DNA of 64,000 nucleotides from a virus. Both the position numbers and the translations under genes were made by a program. Below the pieces are notes generated by a model. That model was not told the DNA's origin. It did no database searches and saw nothing but the letters and a program-made list of their open reading frames with translations. Positions 57,858-64,000 of this stretch are shown here, piece after piece (the stretch's first letter is position 1; every line of letters begins with the position of its first letter). The stretch covers positions 43,301 through 107,300 of the IMG/VR virus record IMGVR_UViG_3300000117_000009; one strand, 5' to 3'.

Positions 57858-58607
57858 ATGAAACTTAACGTAAAAAGAGATGACATTACTTTTGGCACCA
57901 ACATTCTTGACCTTCGCGTCCCAAGTAAGCTTCGTGAACGTTATCCTTGCGGCATTGATTATTTAGATGCAGCATTTGGAGGAGAAGGTTTTACACCTTC
58001 AACTATTTCTTTGTTTACTGGTGAGCCTGGAGCAGGCAAAACAACACTAATGTTAACATTGGCAAATGCTTTGACTTCACAAGGTTATGTATGTTTATTT
58101 AATACTGCAGAGGAAAGCTTATATCAAGTAAAACTAACTTGTGAAAGACTTGAACTTTCTTCTGGCTTTATTGCTGGACAAGAATCATATGTTCCAAGGC
58201 TTATTAAGAATTGTGATATGTTACGCAAGAAATATCCTAAGAAACCTTTGTTTTTAATTGTTGATTCTCTTCAAACACTTAATGACGGAAAATACGGCGA
58301 AGATCATACAAACAGTCAATCAGCAGTTAGAGCACTCCAGATTCTGACTGATTATGCTAAAGAGCATTATATCAACGTTATTTGTATTGGACAGGTTAAT
58401 AAAAGTGGTAACATGGCTGGATCTCAAAAGTTAAAGCATATGGTTGATGCTATGCTTCATCTATCTATTGAGAGAAAAGATGAAGACTTTAAAGGACTTC
58501 GAGTTTTAGAAACTGTTAAAAATCGATTTGGAGGTGCCGGCTGGACTTTCTTCTTAGACTTAAAGAAAGAAGGATTTAACGAAGTAGCAAGAGTAGGAGT
58601 TAAGTAA
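57858..58607 (+). CDS. RadA/Sms-like RecA-family ATPase (no Zn finger or Lon-like domain)
   Basis: GEPGAGKTT, AEES..QV, IVDSLQ, HMVDA and KNRFG. Confidence 0.88.
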   Translation: MKLNVKRDDITFGTNILDLRVPSKLRERYPCGIDYLDAAFGGEGFTPSTISLFTGEPGAGKTTLMLTLANALTSQGYVCLFNTAEESLYQVKLTCERLELSSGFIAGQESYVPRLIKNCDMLRKKYPKKPLFLIVDSLQTLNDGKYGEDHTNSQSAVRALQILTDYAKEHYINVICIGQVNKSGNMAGSQKLKHMVDAMLHLSIERKDEDFKGLRVLETVKNRFGGAGWTFFLDLKKEGFNEVARVGVK

Positions 58608-58609
58608 GT

Positions 58610-58945
58610 ATGGTTCAAGCATTAGCAGCTTATGTTTTTGCTGCAACATTGACATTTTTACAACAAAACCTACAGTTTATTGATGAATACTATAAAAGCA
58701 AACAAGACTGGATTGTCATATTTTTTAGCCTTCCTATTGCATATGGTTATCTTTATGCTTGGACTTATTTTGTCAACAATTTCAATGGTTCAGTTTGGTC
58801 TGCAAGGTTCATGTTTTTTGGTCTTTCCTATCTTGTCTATCCAATTCTAACTTATGTATGTTTAGGTGAAACACCTTTTACTCTTAAGACAGCACTCTGT
58901 ACAGCACTCAGTGTATTGATATTAGTTATACAATACAAATTTTAA
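58610..58945 (+). CDS. small membrane protein (about 4 TM, SMR/DMT-like)
   Basis: Four hydrophobic segments and an LGE motif. Confidence 0.65.
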   Translation: MVQALAAYVFAATLTFLQQNLQFIDEYYKSKQDWIVIFFSLPIAYGYLYAWTYFVNNFNGSVWSARFMFFGLSYLVYPILTYVCLGETPFTLKTALCTALSVLILVIQYKF

Positions 58946-58953
58946 TCTCATAT

Positions 58954-58993
58954 GTGTAAATAAGTAAAACAATAAATTATAATATATTGTAAT
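58954..58993 (+). promoter_or_regulatory. GTGTAA-N18-TATAAT promoter
   Basis: Near-duplicate of 57781..57820. Confidence 0.8.
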
Positions 58994-59030
58994 CATTAAT
59001 CATTAATCCTAATTTAAAGGACAAATTATT

Positions 59031-60113
59031 TTGAATATTAAAAGCTTTCTAAAAATTGTTAAGAATCTTCCTCCACATCATGCTGTTCTTATGAGAGCTA
59101 GTACAGGTGTTGGTAAATCATCGCTTGTTGCACAGATTGCTGAAGAAGTAGATTTGCCTCTTATTGATGTACGCGCTTCAATCATGTCCGAAGGTGACAC
59201 ACAAGGTTATCCTGATATTGAAGGTATGAAAGAAAAGGGTATTATGACTTTCTGTATGCCGGCTTGGTTTGTAAGAGCTTGTAAAGAACCAGTTGTTTTA
59301 TTTCTTGACGAATTTAATCGAGGTTTGCCCGCAGTTCAACAATCTTTCTTTCAAATAGTATTGGATAGGCAGTTAGGCAATGATGAAAACGGCATGCCTT
59401 ATAACATACATCCTGAAACTCGTATTTTTGCTGCTATTAATCACGGCAACGAATATGATGTTAACGAAATGGATCCTGCATTATTAAGAAGATTCTGGGC
59501 TATTGATCTCAAACCATCAAAAGATGACTGGATTAATTGGGCTAAGTCTAAAAACGTTGACAATCTTATTGTTGAGTTTCTTAGAACAAGATCTTCACAC
59601 TTATTTGTCAATTTAGAAAAAGTCAAGCCAGGTAACGTTTTCCCGACTCCAGCATCATGGGCAAGATTCGATGAGGTACTTAAATATGTAGGTGCAAACC
59701 TTATGGAAGATCGAAATAGCTTCGATATATTTAACACAGCAATCGGTTTTATTGGGCAAGAAGCTGCAGTTGAATTTGCTGATTTTGTAAAAAAATACGA
59801 AGTTGTAGTTACTCCTGAAGAACTTCTTAAGAGCTTTAAGAATTGTGAACACAAGCTTAAGACGATGTCTAACGACAGAGTTAATTCTCTTATTGAAAGA
59901 TTAGGCGAACATTCTGCTTCAAACAATTGGACAGTTACACAAGCAAAAAATGCAGCTAAGCTTGGCAAGATGATATCTGAAGAAATGATGATTCACTTCT
60001 GGTCTAAAGTTACTGGAGGTAAAAATATTGACTCAATTCAAAAGTTCCACAAGGAAATCGGGCAATATGTAGTTGAGATTGTTAATAGTAACCGTGACCT
60101 GTTAAGCAAATAA
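59031..60113 (+). CDS. MoxR-like AAA+ ATPase
   Basis: STGVGKS, LFLDEFNR, AAIN, DPALLRRF and PTPASW. Confidence 0.9.
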   Translation: MNIKSFLKIVKNLPPHHAVLMRASTGVGKSSLVAQIAEEVDLPLIDVRASIMSEGDTQGYPDIEGMKEKGIMTFCMPAWFVRACKEPVVLFLDEFNRGLPAVQQSFFQIVLDRQLGNDENGMPYNIHPETRIFAAINHGNEYDVNEMDPALLRRFWAIDLKPSKDDWINWAKSKNVDNLIVEFLRTRSSHLFVNLEKVKPGNVFPTPASWARFDEVLKYVGANLMEDRNSFDIFNTAIGFIGQEAAVEFADFVKKYEVVVTPEELLKSFKNCEHKLKTMSNDRVNSLIERLGEHSASNNWTVTQAKNAAKLGKMISEEMMIHFWSKVTGGKNIDSIQKFHKEIGQYVVEIVNSNRDLLSK

Positions 60114-60123
60114 GGTAAGTACA

Positions 60124-61401
60124 ATGGCTAAAAATAATAATAATAACATGCTCAAAAAAAGAAATGCTACTAAAAGAGAAATTGAAAACTTTGATCTAAC
60201 TTCTCACTTAGTAAGTTTTCTTTGGAATGAACCTTTTTACAGTAGAATTCTTAGATCTTTAAACAAAGAAGAAACATCTGAAATTCCTACAGCAGGTGTA
60301 ACATGTATCGATGGTGACATTACACTATATTGGAATAGAGAGTTTTTAGCCAGTCTTAACCCAGCACAGGTTCAAGGTTTACTTAAACATGAATGTTTGC
60401 ACCTAGTATTTGGGCATACAACAGATCGGCGCAGAGATCCACATATTATCTGGAATTACGGCACAGACTTAGCAATAAACTCAACTATACCTGAACATGA
60501 ATTACCAGAAGGCGGTCTAATACCCGGCAAGTCTCTTACTCTTGACAACAGTCAAAGAGAAAACATGACAGACAAAGAAATTGAGAGTTTTGAAAAGCTG
60601 TCAAATTTAATTGCTAGTATGCCTAGAAATAAAACATCTGAATATTACTTCGAAAAGCTCATGAGCGATCCAGACATTAAAGATTTAATTGAGCAAAGTC
60701 AATCTGAACTTCGTATTGGTTTTGATGATCATGATGGTTGGGACGAAATGTCTTGTGAAGGAAAAGAAATGATGCAAGGCAAAATCAAAGAAATTGTTAA
60801 GGAAGCAGCAGCTGAAGCAGAAAATAGAAACTGGGGATCTGTGTCTGCTGAAACAAGATCTGAAATTTATAAAATGCTTTCTAACAAAATCCAGTGGCAG
60901 TCTTTGCTAAAGAGATTCTGCGGTTTTACAAAGAAAGATGAACGTAGGTCTTCAATTAGAAAGCTTCATAGAAAATATCCAGGAGTACATCCAGGTGCTA
61001 AAAAGATATATCGACCAATGATTGCAGTTTACGTTGATGAAAGTGGATCTGTGTCTGATAAAGAACTATCAGCATTCTATGCTGAATTGGATAATCTTTC
61101 AAGAAACACAGACTTCTTCTTATATAAGTTTGATCATACAGTTGATGATAAAAACGGTTTTCTTTGGAAGAAAAACAGAAGGCCAGAAGTTAAACGTACT
61201 TTAACAGGAGGTACATGTTTTGATGCTGTTACAAAACATGCAATTAAAAATAAGAAAAAGTTTGATGGATATCTTGTCCTAACAGATGGCGGTGCAGCTA
61301 AACCAAGACAATCAGGAAGACTTAAGAGATGTTATATATTAGCTAAAAAATGTAAATTAGCATTCGACAAAGACCCTTCAGATGTTGTAATAAACATGTA
61401 A
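60124..61401 (+). CDS. metallopeptidase-VWA domain protein (MoxR partner)
   Basis: LKHECLH, WN.GTDLAIN, VDESGS, GGT.F and LTDG. Confidence 0.88.
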   Translation: MAKNNNNNMLKKRNATKREIENFDLTSHLVSFLWNEPFYSRILRSLNKEETSEIPTAGVTCIDGDITLYWNREFLASLNPAQVQGLLKHECLHLVFGHTTDRRRDPHIIWNYGTDLAINSTIPEHELPEGGLIPGKSLTLDNSQRENMTDKEIESFEKLSNLIASMPRNKTSEYYFEKLMSDPDIKDLIEQSQSELRIGFDDHDGWDEMSCEGKEMMQGKIKEIVKEAAAEAENRNWGSVSAETRSEIYKMLSNKIQWQSLLKRFCGFTKKDERRSSIRKLHRKYPGVHPGAKKIYRPMIAVYVDESGSVSDKELSAFYAELDNLSRNTDFFLYKFDHTVDDKNGFLWKKNRRPEVKRTLTGGTCFDAVTKHAIKNKKKFDGYLVLTDGGAAKPRQSGRLKRCYILAKKCKLAFDKDPSDVVINM

Positions 61402-61424
61402 ACTATTTTATAAAAGAGAGAATT

Positions 61425-61589
61425 ATGTTATATAATTTCAATAAGGAAACATTTAAATTTGTTAAAGAAAACGGCAAAGTTAAATTATATCATAAAGCCC
61501 AGAATAAGTGGTCGCAAGGCTGGACTTATATTGGAAAGTACAACAATACGCAAAAAGCAGAATCAGCTGCAAGACAATATACAAATTAA
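61425..61589 (+). CDS. small hypothetical protein (54 aa, not in the ORF track)
   Basis: MLYNFNKETFK...ARQYTN fills the gap, with GAGAG upstream. Confidence 0.6.
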   Translation: MLYNFNKETFKFVKENGKVKLYHKAQNKWSQGWTYIGKYNNTQKAESAARQYTN

Positions 61590-61603
61590 AAGGATTAAAA
61601 ATT

Positions 61604-61828
61604 ATGATGCGTTATAAGATGACTATTGATAGACATGGACTTGGTGAATATGAAAAGAGCGTTGTAGACTATGTCTTTGAGTCTTCATCACCTAAAGATG
61701 CTTTAAGAAGAGTTGAGGCTGTATATGAAAGATGTCACAAGAGCAACAAAAGAATTCCTTATAACTCAAAAATCTTTCTAGAGGCAGTAGCAATTTCAGC
61801 TGAAACTGACTTAAGCAATATAAAATAG
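61604..61828 (+). CDS. hypothetical protein
   Basis: Likely start MMRYK after AAGGA, rather than the GTG at 61508. Confidence 0.65.
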   Translation: MMRYKMTIDRHGLGEYEKSVVDYVFESSSPKDALRRVEAVYERCHKSNKRIPYNSKIFLEAVAISAETDLSNIK

Positions 61829-61835
61829 GCTATAC

Positions 61836-62036
61836 ATGCTATATTACATAGGAATTATTTTTATATTACTATTTAATGTAGCAATATTATACGATCAAAC
61901 ACAACACAATGAAGATTTATATAGATCTAATTTTTCTTTATTTCTTTGTGTGCTGACTTTTTTTTGTTTGATTGAACTTTTATTTTTCACGCTAATTTAT
62001 ATCTTTATAACAAACTTTATAGGTGTATTGTCATGA
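61836..62036 (+). CDS. small 2-TM membrane protein
   Basis: Two hydrophobic segments. Confidence 0.6.
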   Translation: MLYYIGIIFILLFNVAILYDQTQHNEDLYRSNFSLFLCVLTFFCLIELLFFTLIYIFITNFIGVLS

Positions 62037-63325
62037 TAGATAAGTTTAATAATTTTATTGCTGAAATGAATTCTTCGACTTCAACAAACGATAAAATTGA
62101 TATCATAAGAGTTGCTGATAGAGATATTAGAAAAATACTGTATTATACGTATAATAGTTACATGCAATATTATATCACACCAAAGCTTTTAGAAAAAAGA
62201 AAGGACTTAGTAAATAATCATACTCAATTTAAAACTATTTTTGAGCTGCTTGATTCATTAAATGCAAGATTGATTACTGGTCACAAGTCTATAGAAGAAG
62301 TAAACGGTTTTATTTTTAATAACCCAGAATACAAGACTTTAATGGACTTAATCCTCGATAGAAATCTTAAAGTAAGAGCATCAGTAAAATTAATTAATAA
62401 AGCAATTACAAATTTGATACCTACTTTCAATGTAGCATTAGCTAACAAGTATGATGAAAAAACAAAAAAGAAAGTAGATTTTAAGAAAGATGTTTGGTAT
62501 GTATCAAGAAAACTCGATGGTGTTCGCTGCCTTATTGTTGTGGACGAAAAAGGAAAGACAAAATCATTCTCCAGAGCAGGAAAACAATTTCATACGCTAT
62601 CCTTGGTAGAAGAAGAAATTAAAAAGCTAGGTGTAAAAAACGTTGTTTATGACGGAGAAATGTGTATTGTAGATAAAAACGGTGATGAAGACTTTCAAAG
62701 TATTATGAAAGAAATTGGTAGAAAAGACCATGTTATAAAAGACGGTCTTTTTCAAATATTTGATTTTATACCAACAGAAATTTTTAAAAAAGGAGAATCA
62801 CAGACAGGCACTTTTTCGCAAAGAGTTTTTGCTTTGCAAAGTTTAATGTTAGGAAGTACACATAAGTACTTAGACTTTTTAAACCAAGCACCTGTTACTT
62901 CTTTTAAAGAGCTAGACGAGTTAATTGTTGAAGCAAATAAAAAAGGTTGGGAAGGTTTAATGCTTAGAAAAAACTCAACTTATAAAGGTAAAAGATCAAA
63001 TGATATTTTAAAAGTAAAAACGTTTTATGACGCTGAGTACAAAGTTGTCAACACATTTTCAGGTCCACTAAGATACATTAAAGAAGGCGTTGAAGTCGAA
63101 GAAGAAATGTTAAGTGGCGTTGCTATCGAACATAAAGGTAATATCGTAAGAGTAGGTAGCGGATTTAGCATTGACCAGAGAAAACATTTATTTAAAAACC
63201 CACAAGATATTTTAGAAAAAACAATAACTGTTCAGTATTTTGAAGAGTCTAAAAACCAAAATGGCAACTATTCTTTAAGATTTCCAGTAATAAAGGTTAT
63301 CCATGGTAATGAAAGAAAATTTTAA
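62033..63325 (+). CDS. ATP-dependent DNA ligase
   Basis: RKLDGVR, YDGE, FD, EGLMLR and LKVK, with an OB-fold VGSGF...LRFP. Confidence 0.95.
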   Translation: MIDKFNNFIAEMNSSTSTNDKIDIIRVADRDIRKILYYTYNSYMQYYITPKLLEKRKDLVNNHTQFKTIFELLDSLNARLITGHKSIEEVNGFIFNNPEYKTLMDLILDRNLKVRASVKLINKAITNLIPTFNVALANKYDEKTKKKVDFKKDVWYVSRKLDGVRCLIVVDEKGKTKSFSRAGKQFHTLSLVEEEIKKLGVKNVVYDGEMCIVDKNGDEDFQSIMKEIGRKDHVIKDGLFQIFDFIPTEIFKKGESQTGTFSQRVFALQSLMLGSTHKYLDFLNQAPVTSFKELDELIVEANKKGWEGLMLRKNSTYKGKRSNDILKVKTFYDAEYKVVNTFSGPLRYIKEGVEVEEEMLSGVAIEHKGNIVRVGSGFSIDQRKHLFKNPQDILEKTITVQYFEESKNQNGNYSLRFPVIKVIHGNERKF

Positions 63326-63515
63326 AACAAATGAAAGTTTATCTGGTAAGTTGTGCGATTTTAGAGGACATATAGTTTTAGTAGTTAAAAAGCTTAAATC
63401 ATCATTTAACATACATGATGATAATCTAGAAATGCCGCAAAGATACGAAGTCATGTTTAACGATGGATCTATTGATGTTGTTTCTATTAATTCTCTAAAG
63501 CTAATGAGACAATAA
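63303..63515 (+). CDS. hypothetical protein
   Basis: ORF overlapping the ligase end. Confidence 0.55.
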   Translation: MVMKENFKTNESLSGKLCDFRGHIVLVVKKLKSSFNIHDDNLEMPQRYEVMFNDGSIDVVSINSLKLMRQ

Positions 63516-63563
63516 GGTTTTTAGATATATATATACTATATACATTTAAAGCGTGGAGTTAGC

Positions 63564-63920
63564 ATGAAAATTACCGAAAGTAAACTAAGAAATATTATCA
63601 GAAGCGTTATCGCAGAAAACATAGGCGACCTCGACATAACAGCAGACCCTGGCTTGCCAGAATTTCAAGATACACATGACCCAAGTCATAAAGATTTTGA
63701 TCATGCAAGCTCTGCAGAAGAACATCCATTTCTTGACATTTTTTCGCAAATGTGTTCATCTTGGATGACCTCTGACGCTATGTTAAGAAAACAAATTGAG
63801 AATGCTGCACAGTCTCTGTTAGATGAGTCTGAAAAGGATGTTGCAACATTTAGAAGGTGTCTTAAAAACACATGTGCCCCAGAGTCATTAGACGCTATCT
63901 TACCTAGAGACTTTTATTGA
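63564..63920 (+). CDS. small protein with MKIT..LR.IIR..I.E leader
   Basis: MKITESKLRNIIRSVIAE, with a GGAG RBS. Confidence 0.75.
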   Translation: MKITESKLRNIIRSVIAENIGDLDITADPGLPEFQDTHDPSHKDFDHASSAEEHPFLDIFSQMCSSWMTSDAMLRKQIENAAQSLLDESEKDVATFRRCLKNTCAPESLDAILPRDFY

Positions 63921-63946
63921 TAGTAAAAAAAATCTAAGTCGCGTCT

Positions 63947-63972
63947 AAAGCCAGCTTATTGCTGGTTTTTTT
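63947..63972 (+). terminator. rho-independent terminator
   Basis: gccagc-ttatt-gctggt hairpin followed by a T-run. Confidence 0.75.
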
Positions 63973-64000
63973 GTATTTGCAAAAAGACTGGCAGATTTGA

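Noticed and set aside
6937-59968. Short antisense or alternate-frame ORFs in the track (e.g. 6937..7305, 8393..8626, 9047..9370, 19181..19459, 42643..42951, 59441..59968)
   Set aside because: They lie within longer, well-supported genes and have the F/L/S-rich composition expected from the reverse of K/E-rich coding DNA.
1-64000. Stop-codon reassignment, as in some huge phages
   Set aside because: Known enzymes are full length in code 11, coding density is high, and TAA, TAG and TGA all end genes.
1-64000. CRISPR array, tRNA or rRNA genes
   Set aside because: No regularly spaced repeats or cloverleaf-like sequences were seen, and intergenic gaps are short and AT-rich. tRNAscan-SE was not run.
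1-64000. Cellular (bacterial) chromosome
   Set aside because: Housekeeping-like genes are divergent, isolated from their normal operons and mixed with many orphans. An ATP-dependent ligase and a stand-alone 5'-3' exonuclease fit a large phage better.

Overview
This window is an AT-rich (about 30% GC by eye), gene-dense segment read in the standard code 11, most consistent with a huge or jumbo tailed phage genome. No capsid, terminase or tail genes are recognisable, so phage origin is inferred from gene content. Plus-strand blocks carry replication, repair and metabolism genes: DnaE, a 5'-3' exonuclease, ATP-dependent DNA ligase, a RadA-like ATPase, UvsE, a kinase/thymidylate-synthase-like fusion, Tdk, dCMP deaminase, GMP-reductase-like/PurA/PurB, SOD, GroEL, sigma-70 and MoxR/VWA. 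Many of these follow a repeated GTGYAD-N17/18-TA(T/A)AAT promoter. About 25 otherwise unrelated ORFs, many on the minus strand, carry short amphipathic tags ending in L/I-x-E that resemble prohead-protease sites; I infer these are virion cargo. They include five large ADP-ribosyltransferase-like proteins, protamine-like basic proteins and a ligase-like polyprotein. Highlights: (1) a lipoprotein with an aerolysin-type insertion hairpin flanked by two symmetric ~124-residue Ser/Thr arms, a candidate envelope-spanning beta-barrel; (2) a sigma-70 whose region 4.2 HTH appears to lie on a separate gene; (3) a thymidylate-synthase-like domain with the dCMP-specificity Asp, beside a G-to-A nucleotide conversion operon; (4) a cargo gene flanked by a 66-bp duplicated bidirectional promoter. 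No tRNA, rRNA or CRISPR array was seen. All family calls are from motif recognition by eye, without database searches.
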